The position numbers and the translations under genes are program-made. Shown in pieces: positions 40,501-55,368 of a stretch of DNA of 64,000 nt. Within the stretch, counting starts at the first letter, position 1; every line of letters starts with the position of its first letter. The notes beneath the pieces were generated by a model. It saw nothing but the letters and a program-made list of their open reading frames with translations. It did not search any database and was not told the DNA's origin. This stretch comes from the human T2T-CHM13v2.0 reference genome, Homo sapiens: NCBI RefSeq assembly GCF_009914755.1, contig NC_060926.1; one strand, given 5' to 3'.

Positions 40501-43500
40501 CTCCGGGGCATGTTGCTCTTTCAAATACCAGGAATGGACTCTGGGGAATGGGGCACCCTTGAAGTCTGATTATTTCTTCCCTGTAGAGCCCCAGGGGCTA
40601 ATTAAACTCGTGTTTATGGACTCCAATGCCTCCTTGCCTTTAATTCAGTATAATCCTACCAACATTTATTGAGCTTCTCTGGGCCAGGCAGAGTTCTGGG
40701 TGCCGAGGACATAGAAATGGATCTAAACTTGGTTCTTGTCCCCATAACCTCACAATGTGGTTGAGGAAGACTCAGCAGTTACCTACACAGGTAACTTCGA
40801 GTCAAGGCAGTTTAGACAAGATCCACTGACAGCCTGACTGGAGGAAGCCTGTGGGCCATGGTGGGGCAGTTATGACACCATGGGTTCTTTTTGTTTATTT
40901 GTTTGTTTGTTTTGTCTTTTCTTTTAGTATGCCCAGGTAACTTGCAGAACCCGGTCGTTCTTTCTTACTATAGATCAGTGAGGTGAAAAGCACTATCATT
41001 ATTGGAATGCCCTGTCTCTCCCTTATACTCTCTTCCTGTCATCTCCCCTCAGAAGACTTGACACCCCACCCTGGTGCCCTTTCTCTGTACTTTCATATGC
41101 TCAGCGGCTGTCTTTGCACTTGCTTCAGGATTGTACCTAACATTCTGTACTGTAATGCATTTTCTTCAGACACTCTTCAGTCAAGTTGTATTATAATTAT
41201 GAGTTAAAATACATGCAAAGTAAATAGAGAAAACCTCCAGGGGTTCATTCCGTAGAGATAACCAAAGGTTTCAGTTTAATGTTTTTTTTTTTTTTTTCAC
41301 ACATGTGCGCTCTCAAATACAGTCTTTTACATATTTTTAAAAATAAACACTCAATTTTTTTGGTTTATTTTCTAGTTTGCAAGATATTTCATTTTTTAAA
41401 ATTGTGTTTATTTACAACCTGCTTTTTTCTAAAAAAGATTCAAGGTGGGGCCTTCTTTTCTTTTCTTTTTTTTTTTTTTTTTTTGAGATGAGGTCTTGCT
41501 TGTTGCCCAGGCTGGAGTGCAGTGGTGATCATATCTCACTTCAGCCTCTAACTCTAGGCTCAAGCAGTCATCTCACATCAGCCTCTGGAGTAGCTGGAAC
41601 TACAGGTGTGTGCCACCACACCCAGCTACATTTTTTTTTTTTTTTGAGACAGAGTCTCACTCTGTCACCCAGGCTGGAGTGCAGTGGTGCTATCTCTGCT
41701 CACTGCAGCCTCTGCCTCCTGGGTTCAAGTGATTCTCCTGTGAAAATTGCTTCCTTTTCTACACTTGTTCTGTATTTATGTTCCTCTGATGGTCTCCACT
41801 TCTAGCCACTTTCTTTTTTTGGCGATTTAAGTTTTTGGCCCAAATAGATAAACATCTTCTACATTATTTTTCTCTTATTCTCGATACTGGGTTGCCATCT
41901 TTGGTGATTTAGTACTTATTATGAAAGAGAGAAGCTACACCACTTGATACCACTTTCATCTGCATACTCATGATAATTTGTATCTTCTGCAGTGAACTCT
42001 TAAGTTGAAGAAATGAATAATTTATATGTATATTTGTATACTTTTAAAAATGTAATTGAAAAATCCTCTCATAGTTACTTAACTCCAAGGTTTAAAAATG
42101 CTTCCCAGGGTAATGAGTTTCTTTAGTCATGTGACTTTAGAAATGGGAACCAAAGCTTCCTTATCTACTTGTGAAATTCTTGAGTTTTTTCCTTGAACTT
42201 CCTTTTTATCTTCCCTTTGGCTTATATATCTGTGTTTTTTGTTTGTTTTTACTTGCAGCTTTCAAAAGTAGTTTTCAAAGTCAATGAGATTGTTTAAAAG
42301 AGTAGGTACCTGACAGTCTCTTGCTTGAATACTATCTAGTGAGTGAACCAAATTCCCTGCAACAATAACCACAACTTTGAATCAAGAGTTAAATGAAAAA
42401 AGTAACTCCTTCAGCATTTACTGAGCACCTGCTGGGGCTGAGGAATGGGGGCATGTAGATCTCCCTCTGCTGTCTGGAGCTCCCTTTCTGGTTGGAAAAC
42501 ATAGAAGCAGCGCAAAAGTTTCACCCAAAACCTTGGCCATGGTATGCTATTGAAACCCCATAGTTCAGATTTTATACTTGAGTTCTTTTCTAAGCCATGG
42601 CTGGATTATGTTAATCTGGCAAATAATTATAAAGCTGGATTATTTTAATCTGGTAAGTAATTATAAGGTTGTGCTCCGTGATGTAGCTATTAATAAAATA
42701 TGTGGTAGCACAGACAAGTTGTATATAGCACAAAGCTATACCCCCAGAGGAGACACTATATCAGTTGCTGTCTGCCTAGGCTTTCTGTAAACGTGCTGGC
42801 TATCATTCAGCCTAAATGTAGAATGAGTCTATCCCTTTAACCTGGGCCATCACCAGGAATGTAAAGGAACCTAGAACGAGGACCCAGGCAAGAGATGAGA
42901 AACTAGGGGACAGATGAGTAGGTACCAGGGATGGTGATGAGACTGAAGCAAGTGGGGAATTTTTATTTTCTTCTCTACTTTTCTCTATTTTCCAGATTTT
43001 CTTAGAGCAAAAAGCAGGTAGTGCTTTTTACAGAAAATGAATGCTATATAAAAGTAATTTTAAGAACTTTATATATCCCTAGTGTTATGTACAATTTCTG
43101 ACTTTGAATAGAGATATCTCCCAAAGGGCCAAGTTTGGCCCTTTAGTTACAATGGAGAATCTGTTGTGTAAACTGAGCAAATACACCTGCCAAGTTGAAA
43201 TTTAATTTAAGCCAATCTTGTCTAGATGAACTTAAGAGAACGTCTCCTAAATATTTTATTGCAGTAGTGTAGCATGATTGATAGTATGCTATTCTCTTGA
43301 ATAGATGGGGTTGTTTCTTGAGCCACTTTTTATTCCTTTGATCAAAACCTTGAGGAGAAGGAATGCCTGTTTTCCTGACTGCTGTTGCATGAAGTTAGAC
43401 ATCCAGTTCCTCTAAAGGTGACATCAGATGGTTTAGATACCTAAAAAGAAGTGAGGCTAAGCCATAGGTCTTCTTCGTACTACCTGAAGTTGAGACCTGG

Positions 43501-44733
43501 TCTCTGAACTCAGTTATTGCTGAAGCATTAAAATCTTACATCTTGCTTAAACTCAGGCAGCTTGACCTGTTCTCATTTTTCTCTATCAAATAAATTGAAG
43601 CCTGGTAATAAATTGATGATGAGTTCCAAACATCCCCTTGGTTGGAGACATTGTATTCTCCCCACTCACAATGAGGTCCTGCCAGTTTCCAGAAAATTTT
43701 GCATGGGGGCTTACCCATCCTTTTAGAATCACATTGCAAGTCACTCTAAAGCATTAGCATTGTTATCTCATGTAGCTGCAAAAGCTTCCTTTCACAAGCT
43801 CTTCTGGATCCAACAACCAGATTCCAAGTATGGTATCTTAACTACACCACCAGCTCCATCTTGCTTCATTGTATGTTATGAAGGGATGAGTAAGCGTTAC
43901 ACATGGGCTGCAATGGTCCAATGATGACCAGTCTGTTCAAGACCCAAGAGGGCTGAGATTGGCAGCCCTGGCCATTGTTTACCACAGCCTAATGAAGATG
44001 AGTAAAAGCCTATCTATCCCCAAGGACCTCCACATATGACAGTACTCAACTGAGTCTCACATAGGATAGAATAAGATAAAATGCTGGAAGAGAACACAAA
44101 TAGTGCTACAAAGCAGGAAGAGAGACTTGATTTGGGGATCAAGACAAGCTTATAGAAGAGACATCTTGAGAGAGAAGATATAATTTCAGGTACAGACTGA
44201 GAGGAGGGAAGGGGCTTTCCAAATGGAGGCAAATGCTTGAGTGAAGTTGCTGGGACAGAAAAATACTGTCCAGGGAACATTGAGATATTTTTGGTTCGGA
44301 GTTAGATTATGGGTTGGGCTGAAGTGGGGATGATACTCTTAGTGCTTGAGCTATGTATCAGAAGTTTGTCTATAGTATTATGCACAATTTCTGATTTTGA
44401 ACAGAGCTATCTCCTGCAGGACCACTCTTGGCCCGTTAGTTACAGTGGGCAATCCGTTGTGTAAGCTGAGCAAGTATACCTGCCAAAGTGAAAATTTAAA
44501 TTTAGTTAAGGGCACTACATCAACTGATTTAGCTCCCTTGCTCCTGGTGACTTTGCCCATGTTTCTATATCCAATTAGATGATGATTTATGATCTTTTGA
44601 TTTAGATGCTTTCTCATTTCTGATTCATTCTCATTTTCTGCAGCCTACACATAAGTGTTAGGAACCAAGGAAGTTATTGGCGATAATGTCTGGTTGGAAT
44701 TTGTGGGAGCTTCCTTGAGAGTCATGAAAAGTC

Positions 44734-45117
44734 TGTTCTTAGTCTGTTTTGTGCTGCTATAACAAAATACCCACAACCAGGTAATTTATAAAAAACAAAT
44801 TTATTTCTCACAGTCTGGAGGCTGGGAAGTCCAAGATCAAGGTGCTGACATCTGGTGAGGGCTGCTCCCCGCTTCCAATCTGGTGCCTTGAACACTGCAT
44901 TCTACGGAGGGGAGGAATGCTGTGTCTTAACATGGCAAAAGGTGGAAGGGCAAAAAGAGAAATAAACTCCCTTTATCAGCCCCCTTTATAAGGGCATCTA
45001 ATCCCATTCAGGAGGGAGGCGCCTCCAGGGAATGATCACCTCTTAAAGGCCCCACTTCTTAATCCTATCATATTGGCAATACCTGAACTTTGGAGGGGAC
45101 ACATTCAAACCATAGCA
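44734..45117 (-). mobile_element. MaLR solo LTR (MSTC/D-type)
   Basis: tcttagtctgttttgtgctgctataacaaaatacc...ggacacattcaaaccatagca. Confidence 0.8.
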
Positions 45118-45846
45118 GCCTCATCAAATAATTTTATAAAATATGACTTCTAATTTTATGTCATTTTATAACTGGGATCATCTGTTGTTCTGCACGCCAA
45201 TGGAGGGGGAAGGTGAATTTTGTTATGTTCAAGATGAATGCACAAAACTTCTGTGAGATGGCCACATTCTACTTTACCCAGAATTGTGCAACCTCTTCTG
45301 CTTTTAGAAACTTCTGGATGACACTTTGTTTCATGTTCATATCTCCACTGGGGCTTCCCAGACACCTGAAAGTTCAGGTTTGCATGCTGCTTTCTGCAGC
45401 TGGCAAGACAGGTTTCTCCATTGCCGCCCAGTTTGTGGGGTTGCAAGAAATTACATTTGCATTCACGCTGTGGCTCACTGGACATGACATTGCTTTCATG
45501 CCATACGATGACCTTGCTTCACTAGAGAAGCAGTAGAAAGAAGGGAATGTTAAGTACGTCTTTGGATGGCTTAGCTGGTCATGCTGCATGCTTTGCTACT
45601 GATTACAGGGAACAATATGTGCCTTTGTTACCAGATAGTTTGGGGGCAGCGTTGGTGTTCTGTGAGAAAGGTTGAGAGGCCTGACTAAACTTAACCACAT
45701 TTGCTGACACCTGGTTAGGGCTAATGTGGGTACCAGGGAAGTGTGTTAAGTGCTTCAATAGAGGTGTTTTGTTTTGTTTTGTTTTGTTTTTCGAGACGGA
45801 GTTTCACTCTTGTTGCCCAGGCTGGAGTGCAGTGGCGCAATCTTAG

Positions 45847-46086
<240 letters not shown>

Positions 46087-47479
46087 TGAACTTTAGAAAT
46101 TTCACTTAGATGGAAGGTAGATTTGGAGAGGGTGAGGTCTAAAGCAGGGGGAACAGAATGGCTAGGGGAATGAGTTTGGATGAGAGACGGATGGTAGGCA
46201 CCAGCATTTAAGGGACAGGTGCAGAAAGAGTATGCTGAGGAGTAGAAGAAAGTTAGAGAAGGGTCTGTGTAGAATATAGTGGTGTGAGCTCAGCCAAGGG
46301 AGAAGAGTTTCAAGGAGGGATGAATTAGCAGTGTCAGCTGGAGTTGAGCAGTCAGATGAAAGAGGACTTCCAAGTTTTTGGATGTGGCAACCAGGAGGTC
46401 ACCAGGGCCTCAACAAGAGCTGTGTCATCAGGGCTGGGATACTAGCAGGGGCAAACGAGGCACTGGCTTCAGGACAACATGTGAGGGGGTGCTCAAAAAG
46501 TCAGTCATCAAGATAGATAATATTTTAATGCAATATTTTAAAAAACAGACATAAATGCAAAAAATCTATGATGAACAAAATACCAACATTTTAAATAAAG
46601 ACAGCGTCAGTATTGCTGATTGTCCCTTTTGCCTCAGATTCCAGTATGGCTCAGGACTGAGTGTGGCTGTGTAGAGGAGATGGTGGTGAGGGGATCCAGG
46701 TGGAGGCATGTTGAGAAGTGAATTGTGGTTGAAGAAACTGAAGCACTGAGTACAGACTATTCCTTCATGAGGTCCCAGCTTTATGTGAAAGGGAATAAAG
46801 TGAAAGGATGGTAGGTCTAGGGGACCCTCAGGCTTTTTTGAGGGTTTGGCTTTATTTTTTAAGATGGAAGAGACTTGCACATGTTTACAAGCTGGGAGGA
46901 GCCGTCTCTGGAGGTAGAGAGGATGAAGAGAGTAGACATAGGGGATTAGTAGAGACAGGAGGGCACACAGGGAGGCTTAGCCCTAGGCAAGCAGAGGGAC
47001 AGGAGGGACCAGCTGGGGCAGTGGAAAGGTGGAAGGTGGCAGGAGTTTGTGCCTGATACATGGATGAGAAATGGCACTGGGGGTGGTGTTGGGATGGAAG
47101 AGAGTTGTGGAGTGTTGGAGGTTTCCCACACTCCTTGAAGGGTGTGGGAAAGGAGCTGAACAGAGTCTTCCTGTAAATGAAACTGTTGAGCAGCCGTAGG
47201 GGCCCAGCTCAGGAAACCACCAGGGTGTGGTGGTGAGTAGTTTTCAGATTGTGTTATCTCTTCTCCCTTCCTTCGGAACTTGCTACTGGAGGTGTAGGAG
47301 TGGTAGAGGCTTCCTCATTAAGGCAGGGGTGCTGGAGCGATCAACCATCCCTGTTTGCCTGGGACTGAGGGGTTTCCTGGGACTCGGTCACCCTAGATGT
47401 TGCAGGGCTGGCAGTCAGGAGGGAAAAAGGCCAGATAATTGAAAATGCTGGCCAGAGTTTGTAGCATGCGCTGTCTGAT

Positions 47480-48037
47480 TGTTGTACCTGAGCGAGTTAG
47501 AGAAAACGCCACACTTTGAGATGAATTAAGAGTCCGTTTATTTAGCCGGCGGCCAAGAGACAGCTAACGCTCAAAGTTCTCTCAGCCTCGAAGAAGGGGC
47601 TAGATTTTCTTTTATACTTTGGTTTAGAAAGGGGAGGGGGGGGTCTAGTTAAAACAATTTTACAGAAGTAAAGTAGGCAAAAAAGTTAAAAGGATAAATG
47701 GTTACAGGAAAGTAAACAGTTCCAGGTGCAGGGGCTTTAAGACTATTACAAGGTGATAGACGCGGGGCTTTGGGCGTTATCAATCTGACGAATTCCTGAG
47801 AACTGCGGATATTGCTGGCCACAGTATCTTATCAGTTAATTGCATTCTTGGATGTGCTGGGAGTCAGCTTGCACAAGTTAAGTCCTTGCGGAAGGGCTGC
47901 CAGTGAAACAGCCAAGATGGAGTCTGTCTGGCTCTCTTAGCTAAGGGAGAGTCAATTCAGGTGAAAACAAGGCTAAGTGATTAAAGGAAAGGGAGAGTCT
48001 AAAAACAGCGTTAGTAAAAACAAGGTTGGGCATTACA
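47480..48037 (-). mobile_element. ERV1 solo LTR, LTR6 family (HERV-S71; probably LTR6B)
   Basis: Reverse complement begins TGTAATGCCCAACCTTGTTTTTACTAAC; 558 bp; 4-bp TSD TGAT at 47476 and 48038. Confidence 0.85.
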
Positions 48038-51000
48038 TGATCACTGGGTCTCCACTGTCAGAGGGTCTTTGAGCTCAGTTCTAGTGGCAGCCTCCTGATC
48101 CTCACTTCCCTGGCTGAGGCAAGGTTGTTGCAGCAGCCCCAGGAGTCTTTGTTAGAATCCCACCCCAGAGCTCCTTCCTCCAGTCCTCTCAGCAGTTTTG
48201 TTAGTTCCAGTATTAAGTGTAATTTCTACAAAAAATGCCTGGAATATTTCTGTTTCCAGAACCGGATGCTCCTGTTAGCTAGTGTGTGAAAGATAACTCT
48301 GACTTGCCTAAGCTTTGTTGATGTTTTGAATAATAATTGGCGATAGTCTCTTGACTTCTGCAAGAGAAATGAAACAGAAATTGGTCTCAAGTTTTAGTTG
48401 CTCTTGTGAAGGTCAGGGACAGTTTGTACCAGGGTGTGGGTGTGGAAAAGAAGGGGAGATATAGTCATTAAATTAGAATATGCCTGTGAGGGGAGTTAAG
48501 GGGAATTCCTTTAAAATTCTAGAAAACACACACAGGTGCCAATTTTGTCTGGCTAGGGAAAAGTAAACTGCTGAAAACACTTGGGGGGAGAAATGAAGCT
48601 AATGGTATCTTGATCAGTCAGGAGGATTGGGTATTTGAAAGCAGGGAAGAAAAATAATTGGACTTGGATATTCCTTTGCCCCTTCATCTGAGTAAGGTGA
48701 AAGCAAGTGACTCTTCAGAAGAGGCGAATGGGACACTGAGTCCAGCAGCTCAGGCAGGGTGGAGTTGGTAACTGATGGGCACAAGTCTTTTACTGGGCTC
48801 TAAAGAACTCATTCATCTGGGTGTGGTGGCTTACACCTGTAATCTCAGCATTTCGGAAGGCTGAGGTAGGAGAATCACTTGAGCCCAGGAGTTTGAGACC
48901 AGCCTGAGAAACACAGTGGGACCCTTTCCCTACAAAAAACTGAAGACCTTATGAGCTTCCCTAGTCTAAGAGTAATTTTTATGTTAATTTCTTGGCTTGG
49001 GCTTAAACCCCAACAAAGTGGTGATTATTCGGACCCCAGCCCTACCTCTCCCTAGTATGCTCTCCTTTCTCAAGTACTCACCACCTCTAGCCACAGTGAA
49101 CTGCCTCCAGCATACACACACGCTGCTATTTTGTTGCATCTGAGTGGGCTGGCTCCACACGGGATCTGTAGTTTCCTTTTGATATTTTCTTTCAATGTGC
49201 CAGATGCTACCACTGAGTAATCTAGATTTTGCTGCCAAACTCTACCCCCGTTAGCACAGAGGGAAGACAGTATGCCAGTGCTCTTGCTGAGTGTGCGTGA
49301 CTGGCAGAAAGCAGTCATGGGTGTGATGGTTGGAAGAAACAAACTGAGCAGATAATGTTTTTTAAAATGATTATCTCATTTTGTTAACTCTTGGTGGCAT
49401 TGTTATATTGTTGATACTTATGAATTACAAAAGTTAGATGACTGTAAAAAAATAGAGAATTAAGCATTTCATTTCTAGTAGTTCTGTTTGGTTCTTTTTC
49501 AAATATGTCAGTGAATTTGTATAATATCTCATTTCTTAGTCTTGTGTTTAATGATTTTATTTTTGTGTTTTTATAATTCCTTCTACTGCATATATTTTAT
49601 ACTTTAATTTATAATAACAACTGTTGACAAAATTGTGACTATTCATTAATACAGTAGAAAAGAACTTGGCCTCCTTTTCATGGAAGCTGATGATGAGATT
49701 AAAGCACTGTTGGCCTGCGAGTGGAGTATAGATTTGGGCTGTCCAGAACACATAAAATTTGTATTTATCTTTCTGATAAAAAAAAGTAAAATAGTCTGAG
49801 TGCCAATTTTTCCACTTTCATTGAGCACATTTAATTTTAGTAAATTTAACTTAGCAAATTTAATTTCTCCAGTTATTTACAAATAATCATATTTAAGTGA
49901 AGTTGGGATGAATGGGCAAGCCCATTTCAAATTTCTAACCTAATTTTTCCTCTTGTTTTCATATAAAATTTTTCTATTTATGTGTTTTTATTTTAAGATA
50001 GCTCAAATCTTTTGTGGACTGATACTGTATGTATATAAATAAATGGATTCAGTGCTTCTTTCACTAAATACAGCTAGATAAATATATAAATATACTTGAA
50101 CACAAATACAAAGCAACCATTGGCAATTTAGAGTTGGGTTGTGTTTCCACTTATTTTTTGTTAATAAATTTGATTTTAACCTGAAATATTGTCTTGTAGG
50201 AACAGATAAAGAACACAAGAGGTGATTTAACATAAGTTTTAGCTGTGAAACTTAGAGTAGATAGGTTAGCAACTTAAATTTTGAAAGAAAATAGGATGAG
50301 TTTCAATGGAAGAAATTAAGAACACACCCATTGCATGAGCTCCTTACCCCTCCTACCCAGCCCCCTCCCAGGAGTGAGATCTTTCCCCAGATCCTCTGTA
50401 ACTTCCAGATGTTCCACTGAGAACATCAGAAGCACTAATGGCAATTGCTGCCATGTAGCAGTGCATTGAGAGTCAGGGCCTCTGGCACCTCCATGGGGCT
50501 CAGGGTCTGAAGACGTGATCCAAACCTGACAACTTGGTGGCAGGTTCTGTGAGCATTCATGATGTTGTGAAAAGGGCTTGGGGTCTAGGAGGATGGCAGC
50601 AGAGGTTTCTGCCCTCAGGTGTGAGTGAGGGGCTTTTGAAGTAGGAGAGCAACTAGAAAAAAGGAGTGGCACAGGGACAGAAACTTCTTTTCTCCATTGT
50701 TTGTTCAAGGCCACGTGGGTGGAGTCATTGAGGTGGAGGTTTAACTCTGTGACATAAGTTTCCCTGATTTAGTCAGGCTGTCTGTCGTTGGGCTTTTCCC
50801 ACTTCCTTCTACTACGTACTTCTTCCCTATTCCTCCTACTGAGGCCATTAAACCCTTAGTTGTAATTTTCCCTGAACATGCTTTACATTCTGATGAATTC
50901 TGAAAAAGAATGTGGGGTTTCCTTGCAGATGAGTTCATCTGTTGTTTCATTTCCTTTACAATGTAGGTTTTCTTCTCTGTCTTTTTGGATTAGTCTGTTT

Positions 51001-51307
51001 TTGGTTCTGTCTACCAAGGATCCCTTTCTTTAGACTTCTATAGATCCCTTTCTATAGAACTTAATCTACTTAAGTCAGGGAGACCACCCAGAAGGAAAGA
51101 GCCCATACTTTCAATCTTAGGCATAAGTTAGCTTGATAAGATTTTCAGAAAAATTCCCTTTTAACCACAGAACTCCCCCACTGGAAAGGATTCTGAAAGA
51201 AATGAAGTCAGCCCTCAGAAATGAAGTTGACTGCCTGCTGGCTTTCTGTTGACTGGCCCGGAGCTGTACTGCAAGACCCTTGTGAGCTTCCCTAGTCTAA
51301 GAGTAGG

Positions 51308-52180
<873 letters not shown>

Positions 52181-54470
52181 TAGAATGACAAGACGTGAAG
52201 AAAGATAGGAATGACTAAGAGCTAGTCATTCTTGCCAGCCTCTGACAGTGTGAGATCTGCAGCAGTGTTTACTAGTTCATTTTCTGTGAAGTCAGTCCTT
52301 GATAATTTGTGGTACAAAGAAAGGAAATAACAAGTCTGACAGTAATCTTCCTACCTTTGTAGAGACTCCATCATCCCTTCTGAATCCCTGTTGGCCCTAC
52401 CCTGCTGAGGAAGTTTATCAGGGTGGGCTCCCTTCCTGCACTTCCTGCGCTTGGAGACATTGGAGAGCCCACATTGAAAATCTCTTCAGTTAACCACATT
52501 TAAGTCCCTTCAGTCCAAAGAGGAAATGGCCACTGGAGTCTGCTTTAGTTCCCACAAGCTTTGGGTTGCTCCTTCCTCCTGTTCACATGTTAATGTCTTT
52601 AGAGGTTCAGAGGGGCATGGAAGCTACTGAGAGACTGACTTCCTGGGGAAAGGAAGATAACTTGTAACCTTAAGTTGGTGTTTTCTTTTTTTTTTTGAGA
52701 CAAAGTCTCGCTCTGCAGCCCAGGCTGGAGTGCAGTGGTGCGATCTTGGCTCACTGTAACCTCTGCTTCTGGGTTCAAGTGATTCTCCTGCCTTAGCCTC
52801 CTGAGTAGCTGGGATTACAGGCACGCACCACTATGTCTGGCTAATTATTGTATTTTTACTAGAAACAGGGTTTTGCCATGTTGGCCAGGCTGGTCTTGAA
52901 CTCTTAGCCTCAAGTGATCTGCCCTCCTTGGCCTCTTAAAGTGCTGGGATTATAGGTGTGAGCCACCATGCCCAGCCGGTGTTTTTTCTCTCGACCACCA
53001 GCCTTTTATTATGTTGATAATGTGTATTTGGAGATGATAATTATTATCAAGAACTATACTAAAGAGAGCTGAAAGCAGTGTGGGCTTTGGAAAGTATATG
53101 AGATTTGAACTTGGAAAGCCTGTTTTTTTGGTTTTTGTTTTTTTGTTTGTTTGTTTGTTTTTGAGACAGGGTCTTGCTCTGTCATCCAGGCTGGAGTGCA
53201 GTGGCATGATCATAGCTCATTGTAGCTGGAAGACCTGTTTCAAGCCTCAGATCTACCAATTATGGGCCAGGCAGGCTGGGCCAATCACTAACCTTGTTGG
53301 GCCTCTGTTTTCCTACTTGTAAAGCGAAAAATAATAATACCTGACTTTACAAGGTTGTTGTGAGCATCAGTTGTAATAATTTACTATGTGAAGTACTTTT
53401 TAAACTGTGAAGCACTCTACAGATAGAAGGGATTATTATCATTGTTATTATTATTATTTTTTTAATCTTCCACCTATTCAGCCATCAGTTTTAATGTCAG
53501 TAATCTTCAGACTTTCCGGGAGGCACCAACTGAGTTTCAGTGAATAGGGCAATCTCTCCATTTCCCATTTCCTTGCTATGATGAGTGGAGATTCTTCAGG
53601 CCCTCTGGGAAGGGTTGCGGGGGCAGTTGAAGAGGAGTGCTAGATTTATTTATTCATCTGGTGAGTGGGCTTCATTGTGTATTGGTGCTAAGTGTTTTGG
53701 TAAGCTCTAGGACAAAATGAAAAGTCTGCCATCCTCAAGAATCTGAGAGCCTAACTGGGAAAATGGCCTTGATGACAATGTCATGGTAACAATACTAACC
53801 ACAGGGTGTCCTTAGGAGCCCCAGAAAAGTGTGGTTGTTGGTTCTCAAAGTCTATTTCCTAGGGGGGGAAAAATATATATATATATATATATATATAGTG
53901 TTAGCTCCAGCCACCAGTGAGTCAGGAGAGGCTTTCTAGGCAAAGACATCTAAGTTCAGAATCCTTGTGATCCAGATGCCTGTACCCTTTGAGTTCAGAG
54001 GTGGGCCAGGGTATCTCAGGTATTTCTTTCCTTTAGCATCTTGCAATTCAAAATATGGTCCTTGAATCAACATCACCTGAGAGCTTGTTAAACAGAGAAG
54101 GCTACTTCAAATTCTATTTCTGTCTTTTATGTTAGTCATTTGGGTTCTTAAGTCATTTCACTGTAACCTCTGGGGGAGCTAGGGGATTCTTTAAGGAAGT
54201 TTCCATTCTCTGAGTTGTTTTCAGAAACTGTTAGTTGGCAAAGGATGTACCATCTCCTATTAAACGGGCAAGGACAAGTTCCCTTTTCTGAGGTCCCTTA
54301 AGATCTCTTCCTGGGGTGATCTAGGCTTGCTGTTTTATGAGGGAGGGACATATTTACACAGGGGCAAGAACTAGTCTTTTAATCCATTGTTGCATAGGGG
54401 AGGCGTGGGCACTTGGAGTTGTCTTAGGACTGATGTCTGAATTAACTAAATGAACTTGTCTGGTTTGCAG

Positions 54471-54576
54471 AGTGCTGATGGCAGAGATTGGTGAGGATTT
54501 GGATAAATCTGATGTGTCCTCATTAATTTTCCTCATGAAGGATTACATGGGCCGAGGCAAGATAAGCAAGGAGAAG
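54471..54576 (+). CDS. CFLAR: CFLAR exon 3 ([35 protein letters not shown])
   Basis: AG/GT boundaries; 106 nt; frame continuous with exon 2. Confidence 0.97.
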
Positions 54577-55038
54577 GTGAGTTTTCTTCTTTTGGTTCAT
54601 GGCCCCAGGAGCCTATCAGAAGTGGGAGCTACTCTTGTTGATACAGAGAGAGGGAAGCAGGCAGTCTGCCGCCACTATAGTGGGAGTCAGACATCTCAGG
54701 TGGCTTTTAAACAACATGAATGGGAAGAGAATTGGTTTATGAATTGAAGAAATAGGATTATAACATCTTCTGGTGTGGTCTTGGATGTTTCTTTCATCCT
54801 TGGATTTTATCCTTGTTTCTGTAAAATTCATAGGTCTGGCTCATATGTGTTTCCCTCCCTGGTTTGATGGGGTTGTGGGGAAGACATCCCATCTGCTTGT
54901 GCTGGGGGAAAACAGGAAGGAGGTGCTAGTCCACTATAGTATCACTCTCCTACTGCCATCTATTTCTCCTCAGCTGACTCAAGGTCATTGTGGGGTCTAG
55001 GCTGCATGTAGGAGTGGGGTGGGGGGAGGTTCTTGTGA

Positions 55039-55182
<144 letters not shown>

Positions 55183-55209
55183 TAACACGGTGAAACCCTA
55201 TCTCTACTA

Positions 55210-55368
<159 letters not shown>

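Noticed and set aside
51019-51060. Short repeat gatccctttct(t/a)taga twice upstream of exon 2
   Set aside because: Too short; plausible slippage with no functional indication.
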